Positions 9,443 to 20,127 are shown, counted from the stretch's first letter. The stretch is DNA of 64,000 nucleotides from Pusillimonas sp. UBA3987 (GCA_002384935.1 DGCD01000017.1:18680-82679), one strand, 5' to 3'. The notes: generated by a model not told the origin, from the sequence alone. A program made the numbers and translations.

Positions 9443-12109
9443 ATGACCATGCAGGAACGATACAATCCCACCGAAGTTGAAGCAGCCGCACAGAAGACCT
9501 GGCAAGCACAGGACGCTTATCATGTAACTGAAGATGCCCGGAATGCCAATGGCGAGCCCAAGCCGAAATTCTATGCCTGCTCCATGCTGCCCTACCCCAG
9601 CGGCAAACTGCATATGGGCCATGTTCGCAACTACACCATCAACGACATGATGGCGCGGCAATTACGCATGCGCGGCTACAACGTACTCATGCCGATGGGT
9701 TGGGATGCTTTCGGCATGCCTGCAGAAAATGCAGCACTGAAATCGGGTGTGCCACCGGCAAAGTGGACATACGACAACATTGCCTATATGAAGAAGCAAA
9801 TGCAGGCAATGGGCTTGGCGATCGACTGGTCGCGCGAAATGTGCGCCTGCGATCCGGAATACTATAAATGGAACCAGTGGCTGTTCCTGAAGATGCTTGA
9901 AAAAGGCATCGCCTACCGGAAAACCCAGATCGTTAACTGGGATCCGGTGGATCAAACCGTACTGGCCAACGAACAGGTTATTGATGGCCGTGGCTGGCGT
10001 TCCGGCGCGCCGGTGGAAAAGCGCGAAATTCCCGGCTATTACCTGCGTATTACCGATTACGCAGACGAACTGCTTGATCAGGTTAAAAACGGTTTGCCCG
10101 GCTGGCCCGAACGTGTCCGCTTGATGCAGGAAAACTGGATCGGAAAAAGCGAAGGCGTGCGCTTTGCCTTCACACACGAAATTCACAACGCAAACGGTGA
10201 ACTGATTCAAGACGGACGCATGTACGTATTCACGACGCGCGCCGACACCATTATGGGGGTGACTTTCTGCGCCGTTGCGCCAGAACACCCTCTGGCCGAA
10301 CATGCGGCAGCCGGCAATCCGGCACTTGCCGCTTTCATCGAGTCCTGCCAGCAAGGCGGAACGACGGAAGCGGAAATCGCCACACGCGAAAAGGAAGGGA
10401 TGCCAACGGGGCTGAAAGTTACCCACCCGCTTACCGGCGAACCCATCGATGTGTGGGTGGGAAATTACGTTCTCATGAGCTACGGTGACGGCGCGGTCAT
10501 GGGCGTACCTGCCCACGACGAACGTGACTTCGCGTTCGCCAGGAAATACCAGCTTCCCATAAAGCAAGTTATTGATGTAAAAGAAAAAACCTATTCCACC
10601 GACAACTGGCAGGAATGGTATGGCGACAAACAACAAGGTGTGACGGTCAATTCGGGCCCTTACGACAAACTGAGCCACACACAGGCCGTTGACGCCATTG
10701 CCCGAGACCTCGCAGAAAAAGGCCTGGGCGAAAAACAGACAACCTGGCGGCTACGCGACTGGGGCATTTCCCGTCAGCGGTACTGGGGTACGCCGATTCC
10801 GATTATCCACTGTGATAGTTGCGGCCCGGTGCCAGTACCGGAACAAGATCTTCCCGTTATTTTGCCCGACGACCTGATCCCGGACGGTACCGGAAATCCG
10901 CTGGCCAGGAATGAGGCGTTCCTGTCGTGCTCATGTCCGAAGTGCGGCGCTCCTGCGCAGCGCGAAACCGACACCATGGACACGTTTGTCGACTCGTCAT
11001 GGTATTTCATGCGCTACACGTCACCCGGCAACGACCAAGCCATGGTCGATGAACGCAATGACTACTGGATGCCCATGGATCAATACATTGGTGGTATTGA
11101 ACATGCAGTGCTTCACTTGCTGTACGCGCGTTTCTGGACACGGGTCATGCGCGACCTTGGTCTGGTGAAATTCAGCGAACCCTTCACACGCCTGCTTTGC
11201 CAGGGCATGGTGCTGAATCACATTTATTCCCGCAAGAACGCTCAAGGCGGCGTTGAATATTTCTGGCCCGATGAAGTTGACAATCAATACGATGAAAAAG
11301 GGGCCATTACCGGTGCGCGTCTCAAGACGGACGGCTCCTCCGTTGAATATGGTGGAATCGGCACCATGTCGAAATCCAAGAATAACGGAGTTGACCCGCA
11401 ATCACTGATTGACACCATGGGCGCCGACACCGCACGCCTGTTCGTCATGTTTGCCAGCCCACCTGAACAGACACTGGAATGGTCCGACTCGGGGGTCGAT
11501 GGTGCCCATCGCTTCCTGCGACGGCTTTGGCTTTTCGGCCACTCAAACAGCAACGCAATTAGCGCGGCGCTGCAGGCAGGCCAGCAAAATTGGTCAGACG
11601 CAGACGAAGCCAGCCAAGCCCTGCGACGTGAAATTCACGGCCTGCTGAAACAGGCGGATTACGATTACCAGCGTATCCAGTACAACACGGTTGTGTCTGC
11701 CTGCATGAAAATGCTGAATACACTTGAAAGTGCCAAATTGCCCGACACGCCTGTGGCGCAGCAGACCTTGGCTGAATCGCTGGGCATCCTGCTACGCGTT
11801 TTGTACCCGGTAGTACCCCACGTTACCTGGAAGCTATGGCAGGAGCTGGGTTACAGTGAAACATTGAACGATTTGCTTGATGCTCCTTGGCCCACGGTTG
11901 ACGAACAAGCATTGATTGCCGATGAAATCGAACTTATGCTGCAAATTAATGGCAAACTGCGGGGCAGCCTGAAAGTGGCGAACGACGCCAGCAAAGCGCA
12001 AATCGAGCAGCAGGCCTCGGAACACGACGCCATCAATCGCTTTCTCGAGGGTCGCCCTGTGAAACGAATAATTGTTGTACCCGGGAAACTCGTCAATATT
12101 GTTGGATAA
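9443..12109 (+). CDS. leuS: Leucine--tRNA ligase
   Basis: 888 aa with HIGH-type motif ([10 protein letters not shown]) and KMSKS-type motif (GTMSKSKNN). The start may be the second ATG at 9449. Confidence 0.97.
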   Translation: MTMQERYNPTEVEAAAQKTWQAQDAYHVTEDARNANGEPKPKFYACSMLPYPSGKLHMGHVRNYTINDMMARQLRMRGYNVLMPMGWDAFGMPAENAALKSGVPPAKWTYDNIAYMKKQMQAMGLAIDWSREMCACDPEYYKWNQWLFLKMLEKGIAYRKTQIVNWDPVDQTVLANEQVIDGRGWRSGAPVEKREIPGYYLRITDYADELLDQVKNGLPGWPERVRLMQENWIGKSEGVRFAFTHEIHNANGELIQDGRMYVFTTRADTIMGVTFCAVAPEHPLAEHAAAGNPALAAFIESCQQGGTTEAEIATREKEGMPTGLKVTHPLTGEPIDVWVGNYVLMSYGDGAVMGVPAHDERDFAFARKYQLPIKQVIDVKEKTYSTDNWQEWYGDKQQGVTVNSGPYDKLSHTQAVDAIARDLAEKGLGEKQTTWRLRDWGISRQRYWGTPIPIIHCDSCGPVPVPEQDLPVILPDDLIPDGTGNPLARNEAFLSCSCPKCGAPAQRETDTMDTFVDSSWYFMRYTSPGNDQAMVDERNDYWMPMDQYIGGIEHAVLHLLYARFWTRVMRDLGLVKFSEPFTRLLCQGMVLNHIYSRKNAQGGVEYFWPDEVDNQYDEKGAITGARLKTDGSSVEYGGIGTMSKSKNNGVDPQSLIDTMGADTARLFVMFASPPEQTLEWSDSGVDGAHRFLRRLWLFGHSNSNAISAALQAGQQNWSDADEASQALRREIHGLLKQADYDYQRIQYNTVVSACMKMLNTLESAKLPDTPVAQQTLAESLGILLRVLYPVVPHVTWKLWQELGYSETLNDLLDAPWPTVDEQALIADEIELMLQINGKLRGSLKVANDASKAQIEQQASEHDAINRFLEGRPVKRIIVVPGKLVNIVG

Positions 12110-12116
12110 CACCGCC

Positions 12117-12794
12117 ATGCATCGCTCTACCCTACACGCTTCGTCCCTGTTTACTGCGCAACATTCGCTGCGCTGGTTCGTTGCAATAGGGTTGCTGGCG
12201 CTTTTAACGGCCTGCGGCTTTCGCCTGAAGGGGCAGACACCCCTGCCGTTTCAAACGGTTTACACCAATATCGCCGAAAATTCAGCATTTGGCTCGCAAC
12301 TTCGGCGTGTCATTCGGGCCACTTCACCCAACACCCGCTTTGTGGAAGAGCCAAAAGAAGCACAGGTGCGCCTGACGCAACTTTCGCTCACGCGCGACCT
12401 CGAAGAGGTGTCAATCAGTGTTGAAGGGCAGGTTGAGGAATATGAACTGCGCGTCACCATTGTGTTCCAGCTTACCGATGCGCAGGGCCACATCTTGCTG
12501 CAGCCCACAACCCTCAGCACAACACGAGAGATTCCCTACGACTCCGGGGCGCTACAGGCAAAACAAGGCGAGATCGGCTCTTTGTATGTTGAAATGCAGC
12601 AAAGCCTCATTGACCGCATGGTTCGTCGTATCACGTCGCCAGAAGTCATGCAGGCCTACGAGAATGCAGACTCATTACCCATTGACGAAAGTCAGGTACA
12701 GAATGACGATGCGCCGGTCGTGGAAGACGATTTGGACATCGACGACGATTTACTGCGCATGCCAAACACAACACCCACCAGCTCTTTCTACTAA
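12117..12794 (+). CDS. lptE: LPS-assembly lipoprotein LptE (RlpB)
   Basis: Lipobox LLTAC-G, in the conserved leuS-lptE-holA order. ATG at 12117. Carries an unusually acidic C-terminal tail (DDAPVVEDDLDIDDD). Confidence 0.8.
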   Translation: MHRSTLHASSLFTAQHSLRWFVAIGLLALLTACGFRLKGQTPLPFQTVYTNIAENSAFGSQLRRVIRATSPNTRFVEEPKEAQVRLTQLSLTRDLEEVSISVEGQVEEYELRVTIVFQLTDAQGHILLQPTTLSTTREIPYDSGALQAKQGEIGSLYVEMQQSLIDRMVRRITSPEVMQAYENADSLPIDESQVQNDDAPVVEDDLDIDDDLLRMPNTTPTSSFY

Positions 12795-12813
12795 CGGCCA
12801 ACGAGTTTTCGCC

Positions 12814-13893
12814 ATGCCTAGCAGGCTAGATCCCGACGCTTTTTCCAAAATACTGGAAAAGGCAAATGCACTTGATGCACTTTATGTCATTTCCGGTGAT
12901 GAGCCCCTGCTTGTCACCGAAACGACTGATGCCTTGCGTCAGGCTGCCCGCAAGGCCCAATTTACCGAGCGTAGTAGTTTCGTGGTTGACTCACGCAGCG
13001 ACTGGGCGGAAATTGACGGTGCCATGCAGAATCTGTCGCTATTTGGCGACCGCCGCCTGGTGGAAATCCAGATCCCGACAGGCAAACCCGGAAAAAACGG
13101 CGCCGAAGCCCTGGTAAGCCTGGCAAAACGTCAAGCCGAAGCAAACGACGATGGCGTATCTTGTGTCGTATCACTGCCGCGGCTCGACAAAGCCAGTCGT
13201 TCATCCAAATGGGCCACGGCATTGTGGCAATCGGCTACCGTTATTGAAATACCGGTTGTCCCGCGCCATGACCTGCCCCAATGGATAGGCCATCGCCTGG
13301 CGCGACAAAAACAATCAACCGATGCGGAAACGAGAAACTGGATCGCAGATCGCGTAGAAGGTAACCTGCTGGCAGCACACCAGGAAATCATGAAGCTCGG
13401 TCTGCTGTACCCGGAAGGTCAACTGAGCGCCCAGGATGTCGAGCGGGCTGTCTTGAACGTGGCACGCTACGATGTTTTCAGCTTGCGCGACGCCATGCTG
13501 ACCGGGGAGTCGGCCAGGGCGCTTAAGGTACTCTCGGGCCTGAAAGCCGAAGGCGAGGCCCTGCCTTTGGTATTATGGGCCGTAGCCGAGGAAATACGCA
13601 TCCTTTCCCGGCTCTCGCTTGCGCGACGACAAGGACGCGCCATGGGCGAGCTCATGCGCGCACATCGGCTCTTCGGCGCGCGCGAAGCGGCGGCCCGCCG
13701 GGCGCTTGAAACTGTCACACCGGCCGTATGGGCCGCGTCCATCCAGCATGCGCACGACATCGACCGCCTGATTAAAGGCCTGACCGTTAACGGACGCCTG
13801 CCCGACCCATGGGAAGAACTGGCCCGGCTGGTATTGCGTATCGCATTGGCAACCTCCAACAAACCTAATCACTCATCCCGACACGCAGCATGA
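12814..13893 (+). CDS. holA: DNA polymerase III delta subunit
   Basis: About 359 aa from ATG 12814. Position after lptE and overall delta-like sequence ([11 protein letters not shown]). The longer track ORF would overlap lptE. Confidence 0.85.
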   Translation: MPSRLDPDAFSKILEKANALDALYVISGDEPLLVTETTDALRQAARKAQFTERSSFVVDSRSDWAEIDGAMQNLSLFGDRRLVEIQIPTGKPGKNGAEALVSLAKRQAEANDDGVSCVVSLPRLDKASRSSKWATALWQSATVIEIPVVPRHDLPQWIGHRLARQKQSTDAETRNWIADRVEGNLLAAHQEIMKLGLLYPEGQLSAQDVERAVLNVARYDVFSLRDAMLTGESARALKVLSGLKAEGEALPLVLWAVAEEIRILSRLSLARRQGRAMGELMRAHRLFGAREAAARRALETVTPAVWAASIQHAHDIDRLIKGLTVNGRLPDPWEELARLVLRIALATSNKPNHSSRHAA

Positions 13894-15155
13894 AAGATCA
13901 AGACATCCCCGCTCTCGTTAACCGTCTGGGCCAGCAGGCACGACAAGCATCACGCGTACTCATGATCGCCTCGGATCAGGAAAAAGCGCAGGCACTGCGC
14001 AGCATGGCAAACCAGCTCGAAAGCCAGAAAGAATGGCTGCAAGGCGAAAACCAGAAAGACCTCGAAGCTGCCCGCCGGAATCAGTTGCAACCCGCCCTGC
14101 TCGACCGCCTCACGCTGTCGGATAAAGCACTGCAAACAATGATCGCCGGCTTGCGTCAAATCGCTGATATGCCCGATCCCGTTGGAAGCCAGACAGCAAC
14201 CGTAACACGACCAAACGGCATGCGTGTCAGCCAAATGCGCGTCCCCCTGGGCGTCATTGGCATTATTTATGAATCGCGTCCCAACGTGACCATCGATGCG
14301 GCGGCACTTTGCCTGAAATCAGGCAACGCCACAATCTTGCGTGGCGGCAGCGAAGCATTTCACAGCAACCGCGCACTCGGACAGATCATTCAGGCGGGGC
14401 TCAAAGAAGCCGGCCTGCCAGAGCAGGCAGTCCAGGTGGTCGACACCACCGATCGCGCAGCTGTCGGGCAGTTGATTACGTTAACCGACTATGTCGACGT
14501 TATCATCCCTCGCGGCGGCAAAGGGCTTATTGCCCGTCTGGCAGCAGAGTCCAAAGTGCCCTTGCTGAAACACCTGGATGGAAACTGCCATGTTTACATA
14601 GATCGGGCTGCCGATCCCGACAAGGCCCACGATATTGCCGTAAACGCAAAAACCTATCGCTACGGCGTCTGTGGCGCGATGGAAACATTATTGGTGCATG
14701 ACGATATCGCTCCAACCGTTTTACCGCGTATTGCAGACACCCTCATCGCCAAAGGCGTTGAACTGCGGGGCTGCGATAAAACAAGGGCATTGATACCGGC
14801 AGCCAGCATGGCAACCGAGGAAGACTGGCAAACAGAATACCTGGGCCCTATCCTGGCGATTCGTATCGTTGCCACAATTGATGAGGCCATGGACCACATC
14901 GCCCGCTACAGCTCCGGTCACACAGAAGCGATTGTCACCGAGCATATCGGCGCGGCGACACAATTCCAGCGCTATGTAGACTCGAGCTCCGTTTACGTTA
15001 ACCTGCCTACGTGCTTTGCCGATGGATTTGAATACGGTCTGGGTGCGGAAATAGGCATCTCGACCAATCGAATGCACGCGCGCGGACCGGTCGGGCTGGA
15101 AGGATTAACCACCTTGAAATGGGTCTTAACCGGAGACGGCCAGCTACGCGGCTGA
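13890..15155 (+). CDS. proA: Glutamate-5-semialdehyde dehydrogenase (gamma-glutamyl phosphate reductase)
   Basis: 421 aa, ProA-like throughout ([18 protein letters not shown]...CGA.E.LL). ATGA overlap with holA. Confidence 0.95.
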   Translation: MKDQDIPALVNRLGQQARQASRVLMIASDQEKAQALRSMANQLESQKEWLQGENQKDLEAARRNQLQPALLDRLTLSDKALQTMIAGLRQIADMPDPVGSQTATVTRPNGMRVSQMRVPLGVIGIIYESRPNVTIDAAALCLKSGNATILRGGSEAFHSNRALGQIIQAGLKEAGLPEQAVQVVDTTDRAAVGQLITLTDYVDVIIPRGGKGLIARLAAESKVPLLKHLDGNCHVYIDRAADPDKAHDIAVNAKTYRYGVCGAMETLLVHDDIAPTVLPRIADTLIAKGVELRGCDKTRALIPAASMATEEDWQTEYLGPILAIRIVATIDEAMDHIARYSSGHTEAIVTEHIGAATQFQRYVDSSSVYVNLPTCFADGFEYGLGAEIGISTNRMHARGPVGLEGLTTLKWVLTGDGQLRG

Positions 15156-15159
15156 TGAA

Positions 15160-15579
15160 ATGATGCTCTGGATCAAAACCTTCCACGTCCTGTTTGTAAT
15201 CTCGTGGTTTGCGGGCCTGTTTTACTTGCCGCGCATTTACGTCAACCTTGCACAACCTAATTCGCAAGAGACCCAGACTCGTTTAATCGGCATGGCTCGC
15301 AGGCTCTTTCGGTTCATGACGATCCTGGCCATTCCGGCGATCTTTTTCGGCTTGTACCTGTACCTGGGTTACGGCCTGGGTCGCAGCCAAGGCTGGATGC
15401 ACGCCAAACTGGGGCTGGTTGTTTTGTTGCTGATTTATCACGGTACCTGCTATCGATATCTGCAACTTTTTCAACAAAATCGCAACCGCCATTCGGAAAG
15501 ATTTTTCCGCTGGTTCAATGAAATACCAGTGCTTTTGCTGACCCTGGTTCTCATTATGGTATTCGTTCGACCCTTCTAG
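15160..15579 (+). CDS. hemJ: Protoporphyrinogen IX oxidase HemJ family (UPF0093)
   Basis: 139 aa, 4 TM, with LWIKTFHVLFVISWFAGLFYLPR N-terminus. Confidence 0.8.
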   Translation: MMLWIKTFHVLFVISWFAGLFYLPRIYVNLAQPNSQETQTRLIGMARRLFRFMTILAIPAIFFGLYLYLGYGLGRSQGWMHAKLGLVVLLLIYHGTCYRYLQLFQQNRNRHSERFFRWFNEIPVLLLTLVLIMVFVRPF

Positions 15580-15593
15580 CCACGGGCTGCCCA

Positions 15594-16958
15594 ATGACCG
15601 AAATGTCAAAAAAGAAGACTTTAACCCTGCAACGCAAGCCTGCCCAAAGCCCTGAGGGTACGGGTAAACCACGCAAGCGCAGCGGGGCCCGGGCACGCAA
15701 TGTCGCGCAACAAGAGCTCACAAAACAAAAGTATGCTGCGCCCGCTCCCGTAGCGCCAGAACCCGCAGAGAAAGCCCCGGCCCGCAAGCGGGAACGCAAG
15801 CCCAATGTCACGCAAGCGCAGACCTTTCAGGTTTTCGTGCCCTGCCCGCACGGGCTTGAAATGCCGTTGTCGCTGGAATTGCAAGCACTGGGCTTCGATA
15901 CGGCTGAAGCCGGGCGTGCCGGCTGTCGGTTAAAGACGGACTGGACAGGCATCATGCGCATTAACTTATTTTCCCGACTGGCAACCCGCGTTCTGGTCCA
16001 GGTTTCCCATGCCCCTGTGCGCCACGAAGAAGACATTTTCGACCTGGCCTATCACACACCGTGGGAGCGCTGGTTTGGTGCAGAACAGACACTTCGCGTG
16101 GATACCTCGGCGATTCGAAGTCCAATGAAAAGCCTGCAATTCTGTAACCTGCGTACGAAAGATGCCATTTGTGATCGCCTGCGCGACCAGGAAGGCGAGC
16201 GCCCCAGTATCGACACAGTCCGTCCCGATGCTCGCGTGCATCTGTTCCTGGACGAAACATCCGCTACGCTTTATCTGGATACCTCTGGTGAGTCGTTGTT
16301 TAAACGCGGTTGGCGGCTTGATAAAGGCGAAGCGCCCATACGCGAAAACCTCGCCGCCGGCCTGCTTGCATTATCAGGCTGGAATCCCGACGCCCCGTTA
16401 TTGGATCCCTTTTGCGGCAGTGGGACGATTATGATCGAAGCGGCCTGGATCGCCCTGGGTGTGCCGCCGGGAATCTGGCGCCCCTTCGCGTTTGAGCGGC
16501 TGCGTGATCACCCCTTCCGGCATTGGCGCGACATCAAAGACGAAGCTCGCGAGGCCATTCGTACTCAACTTGAGACACCGCTTTTAGGCACCGATATCGA
16601 CCCGCAAGCCATTGCTGCAGCAAAACAGAACCAGGAGCGCGCGCGGCTGGCGCCCGATACCGTCCGGTTCGAGGTTGCCGACGCACGTAACGTCGTCCCC
16701 CCGGGCGGCAACGGCTGGCTGGTTACCAATCCGCCCTACGGAGAAAGATTGCCAGACGAAGCGTTGACGCTGTGGCAGGAATGGGCCAGCAACCTGAAGC
16801 AGCATTACGACGGATGGCATGTTCATATTATTTCAAACGACCTTGGTCTGCCCCAGAAAATGCGGCTCAAACCACTGAAACGCTACCCGATCCACAATGG
16901 CGCGCTCGACTGCCGGTTATTTGGATTTGATATGGTTAAAGACCAATATCGCACCTGA
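15594..16958 (+). CDS. THUMP-domain class I SAM-dependent RNA methyltransferase (RlmL N-half/YpsC-like) with a basic N-terminal extension
   Basis: NPPYGERL motif IV and DPFCGSGTI motif I. A THUMP-like region precedes them, and there are about 76 extra K/R/P/A-rich residues at the N-terminus. Confidence 0.8.
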   Translation: MTEMSKKKTLTLQRKPAQSPEGTGKPRKRSGARARNVAQQELTKQKYAAPAPVAPEPAEKAPARKRERKPNVTQAQTFQVFVPCPHGLEMPLSLELQALGFDTAEAGRAGCRLKTDWTGIMRINLFSRLATRVLVQVSHAPVRHEEDIFDLAYHTPWERWFGAEQTLRVDTSAIRSPMKSLQFCNLRTKDAICDRLRDQEGERPSIDTVRPDARVHLFLDETSATLYLDTSGESLFKRGWRLDKGEAPIRENLAAGLLALSGWNPDAPLLDPFCGSGTIMIEAAWIALGVPPGIWRPFAFERLRDHPFRHWRDIKDEAREAIRTQLETPLLGTDIDPQAIAAAKQNQERARLAPDTVRFEVADARNVVPPGGNGWLVTNPPYGERLPDEALTLWQEWASNLKQHYDGWHVHIISNDLGLPQKMRLKPLKRYPIHNGALDCRLFGFDMVKDQYRT

Positions 16959-16970
16959 AACAGGTTTTTT
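16953..16970 (+). terminator. Weak hairpin plus T-run overlapping the methyltransferase stop codon
   Basis: ACCTGaaaCAGGTttttt: only a 5-bp stem. Confidence 0.3.
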
Positions 16971-17044
16971 CACTGCCATAGTGTCGTTTAAAAAACACAA
17001 ATACCCCCGGGAAGCACGGTTTTAATGCAACGCAACAATTGGAC

Positions 17045-17085
17045 TTGCACTTTCCTAGGGTTTTCCCTATAATAGGGTTAACCCT
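17045..17085 (+). promoter_or_regulatory. Near-consensus sigma-70 promoter embedded in nested TAGGG/CCCTA palindromes (probable operator)
   Basis: -35 ttgcac at 17045-17050, 17-nt spacer, -10 TATAAT at 17068-17073. Perfect palindromes CCCTATaATAGGG (17065-17077) and AGGGTTAACCCT (17074-17085), plus TAGGGttttCCCTA (17056-17069). Confidence 0.6.
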
Positions 17086-17122
17086 GAACGAAACGTTCAA
17101 TTTTACGAAAGAGAGGCCAATT

Positions 17123-17317
17123 ATGAACAACCTGCACAGCGATATCCGTCTGACTGATGAACTAGAACGCCAACTGATGCAAGCCGCCATCGAAGAGCAA
17201 AACCGCTTTCGTCCCGGCCACGCACTGAAGAAGCTGTTCACCAAGCTGGGCGGTAATGTTAACAAGGCAACAACAGTTAATGTTGCTCCTCGCCGTAACG
17301 TTGAATCGGCTGCTTAA
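17123..17317 (+). CDS. Small hypothetical protein (64 aa)
   Basis: ATG at 17123 with a GAGAGG SD 6 nt upstream, the strong promoter above, and a strong terminator below. I recognise no family. Confidence 0.6.
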   Translation: MNNLHSDIRLTDELERQLMQAAIEEQNRFRPGHALKKLFTKLGGNVNKATTVNVAPRRNVESAA

Positions 17318-17370
17318 TTAGCTGGCTTCCAACGTACTGCAAGAACCCGCTGCGAAACGCCCCGGGTTCC

Positions 17371-17397
17371 AAAAAAGCCGCGCAAGCGGCTTTTTTT
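17371..17397 (+). terminator. Rho-independent terminator after the small ORF
   Basis: aaaaaAGCCGCgcaaGCGGCTtttttt. Confidence 0.8.
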
Positions 17398-17545
17398 ATG
17401 CCGTTGCTGCAAGCCGCCCACCCGATAAAAATTCAGTTGCACGATAAACGACGACTGCTGCCAATTTCGACGTTTCTGTTTTTCAACGAATTTATTGGGT
17501 GATAATAACGTTTCCATGAAATTTTGATCTGACGACAGTTGTGCA

Positions 17546-18061
17546 ATGCAAAACAAGCCCCAGGAACCCAGCCAGCCCCGTACGCTAATCACCCCCAGTC
17601 GTTGGCGGCGTTTTTCCAGCATGATGTATGAAGGCGTATTGCTGTTTGCCGTTGTGTTTCTGGCCAGCTATTTATTCGACACATTAACCCAGAGTCGAAG
17701 CGGCCTCATGTTCCGGCACGAACGGCAGGTAGCGCTTTTCATCGCAATCGGCATTTACTTTGTGTTGTCATGGAAATACAAAGGCCAGACCTTGCCCATG
17801 AAAACCTGGAATATCCGCTTGATCGACAAGAATGGCCTGCCCCCTACCGTCGGACGCCTGACGCTCCGATATATCCTGGTGTGGCCGATTCCCCTGATCT
17901 CAATTCTTTTGGTGCAGGGGCTAAGCCGGATCACCGGCTATGCTTCCACCGACCTGCTGATCGTCTTTACGCCATTTACCCTGTTCATCTGGACATGGTT
18001 CGACGCTGAACGCCAGTTTCTGCACGACCGGCTGCTTGGAACTCGTCTCATATCAGTGTAA
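17546..18061 (+). CDS. RDD family membrane protein
   Basis: 171 aa. RRF..M.YEG.LL N-terminal RDD-type motif, 3 TM segments. Confidence 0.7.
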   Translation: MQNKPQEPSQPRTLITPSRWRRFSSMMYEGVLLFAVVFLASYLFDTLTQSRSGLMFRHERQVALFIAIGIYFVLSWKYKGQTLPMKTWNIRLIDKNGLPPTVGRLTLRYILVWPIPLISILLVQGLSRITGYASTDLLIVFTPFTLFIWTWFDAERQFLHDRLLGTRLISV

Positions 18062-18183
18062 ACCCTAATGTTTGAGGCTTTGTAACACTAAATCGTTGCA
18101 TAGATAGCCCGCTTCGTTCATGCTTGCACCGGTAACCCAGCTACCGCGTCTTTTTGTGCGCGCCGTTGACTTATCGGACACCT

Positions 18184-19557
18184 ATGAACAACCAGTATCC
18201 GGAGCTGTACTCATCTTTCCGTTGGCTTGTTCCATCACAATTTAATATTGCGCAATATTGCCTTTTGCGGTGGGCATCCAACACGCTGGAAGGGCGCCGC
18301 CCTGCCGTATTCGCCGAGAATGATTTCGGCGAATCAACCATGCATACTTATGGCCAATTGGCAGAGACAACGGGAAAGCTGGCTAACGGTCTGATCAAGA
18401 TGGGTATCGGCAACGGTGACCGGGTTGCGGTGGCAATGGGTCAGTCACCCGAATACATTACCGCCTGCATGGCCATTCTCGCGGTTGGCGGCATTGTCGT
18501 CCCGATTCCCGCCATTCTTAATGCCAAGCAGGTAACCGAGCGCCTCAGCCACGCCCAGGCCAGGGCAGCCATTGTTGACATGCCGCACGCGCCCGGCATC
18601 TTGCAGGCATATGGCCAGTATCCGGGGCTCAGCCAGATTATCAGCCTGGGTTTCCAGCATGAATTAACGCTGTCCTGGAGCAGCCTTCTGGCCCGCCAGA
18701 ATAGTGAATTTCACGTTGTTCCCACATCGTCTTCAAGTGCCGCATTTTTGCTTTATCCTATTGGCCATGCGTCTGCCTTGAAAGGGGTTTTGCTGTCTCA
18801 TAGCGCTTTAATTGGCGTTCTACCCGGTTTCGTCGCTTCGCAGAACTGGTTTCCACAACCCAAAGATATTTTCTGGACACAACATTCATGGTCCAGTGTC
18901 GACGGCCTATTGGGTGGCCTGCTGCCCTGCTTGTATTTCGGTCGCCCAATTGTTGCGCTCGACGGCCATTTTTCCACCCGGCAAACCATTGAGTGCCTGC
19001 ACAAATACAAGGTCAGCAACATCAGTCTGCCCTGCTCATCGCTGCGTGCCGTCATGGAAGAGCCGCAGCCCGATCTGGGCAGCCTGTCGGTGCGTGCCAT
19101 CATGTCTACCGGCGAACACCCCTCGGGCCAAGTGTATGAATGGTATGCCAATACGCTGGGGCTGACCCCAAACCATGTCTACGGACAAACAGAAGCCCCC
19201 TATATTGTCGGCCATAGCCATGCTCGTTGGCCGGCACGGCCCGGCAGTATGGGCAAGCCATTTCCAGGCCACCTGGTTACCGTGCTCGACGAAGCCGGTC
19301 GTCCGTGTCCGGCCGGCATCATCGGACAGATTGCCGTCAACCGGTACGACATCCACGGCTTTCCCGACCCGGCGCTGTTCCTGTCGTACTGGCAAGATGA
19401 AACGTCAACCCAACAACCGTTTTTACGCGACTGGTATCTCACCGGCGAACACGCCAGTATCGATCGCGATGGGTATTTCTGGTACACGGGTCATCAGTCA
19501 GACATTGAAAGTCAGCCTGCAGCCAATAGCAATGGTTCGGTATCATTGAGCCTTTGA
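18184..19557 (+). CDS. ANL-superfamily (acyl-CoA synthetase/AMP-binding) homolog with degenerate P-loop and no C-terminal subdomain; possible pseudoenzyme or decaying gene
   Basis: AFLLYPIGHASALKGVLLSH replaces the YTSGTTGxPKG loop. YGQTE is kept. YLTGE and GHQSD hinge are present, then a stop. ATG at 18184 preferred over the TTG at 18154. Confidence 0.7.
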   Translation: MNNQYPELYSSFRWLVPSQFNIAQYCLLRWASNTLEGRRPAVFAENDFGESTMHTYGQLAETTGKLANGLIKMGIGNGDRVAVAMGQSPEYITACMAILAVGGIVVPIPAILNAKQVTERLSHAQARAAIVDMPHAPGILQAYGQYPGLSQIISLGFQHELTLSWSSLLARQNSEFHVVPTSSSSAAFLLYPIGHASALKGVLLSHSALIGVLPGFVASQNWFPQPKDIFWTQHSWSSVDGLLGGLLPCLYFGRPIVALDGHFSTRQTIECLHKYKVSNISLPCSSLRAVMEEPQPDLGSLSVRAIMSTGEHPSGQVYEWYANTLGLTPNHVYGQTEAPYIVGHSHARWPARPGSMGKPFPGHLVTVLDEAGRPCPAGIIGQIAVNRYDIHGFPDPALFLSYWQDETSTQQPFLRDWYLTGEHASIDRDGYFWYTGHQSDIESQPAANSNGSVSLSL

Positions 19558-19577
19558 CCCTTTTCATTGCTGTAGCC

Positions 19578-20099
19578 ATGCCTATCTATCAATTCAAGAA
19601 CCTCAAGCCCAGTATTGACCCGGACACATTTATTTTCGAAAGTGCCGACATCATCGGCGATGTCCACCTGGCTGCCGGCGTAAGCATCTGGTCGAACGTT
19701 GCAATACGCGGCGACAATGCCCCCATTACGATCGGCAAGGGAAGTAATATCCAGGAAGGCAGCGTGCTGCATGTTGATGAAGGGGTGCCACTTGATATCG
19801 GAAGCCATGTCACCGTGGGGCACCAGGCCATGCTGCACGGTTGCACCATCAAGGACGGTGCGCTGATCGGCATGCAGGCCATTGTGCTGAACAACGCCGT
19901 TATTGGTCGAAACTGCCTGATTGGCGCAGGTGCCATTGTTCCTGAAGGCCGTGAAATTCCCGACGGATCGCTGGTTGTGGGGGTTGGCAAGATTCTGCGT
20001 ACGCTCAGCGAGGAAGAAATCCAGAACATGCACCTCAACACGCAACACTATATTGAACGTGGCCGCGAATACAAGCGCGACCTGATCAGGCTGGACTGA
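19578..20099 (+). CDS. Gamma-carbonic-anhydrase-like hexapeptide-repeat protein (YrdA/PaaY family)
   Basis: Left-handed beta-helix repeats; IRGD...I.IG..SNIQ.G.V.H and GH.A.LHGC motifs. ATG at 19578. Confidence 0.85.
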   Translation: MPIYQFKNLKPSIDPDTFIFESADIIGDVHLAAGVSIWSNVAIRGDNAPITIGKGSNIQEGSVLHVDEGVPLDIGSHVTVGHQAMLHGCTIKDGALIGMQAIVLNNAVIGRNCLIGAGAIVPEGREIPDGSLVVGVGKILRTLSEEEIQNMHLNTQHYIERGREYKRDLIRLD

Positions 20100-20127
20100 C
20101 GGCAATCCGTCACGCCAATAAGCTAAA

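Noticed and set aside
12418-12813. An N-terminal extension making holA 491 aa in the ORF track.
   Set aside because: The extension overlaps lptE in another frame and has no delta-subunit similarity. The ATG at 12814, just after the lptE stop, gives a normal-length HolA.
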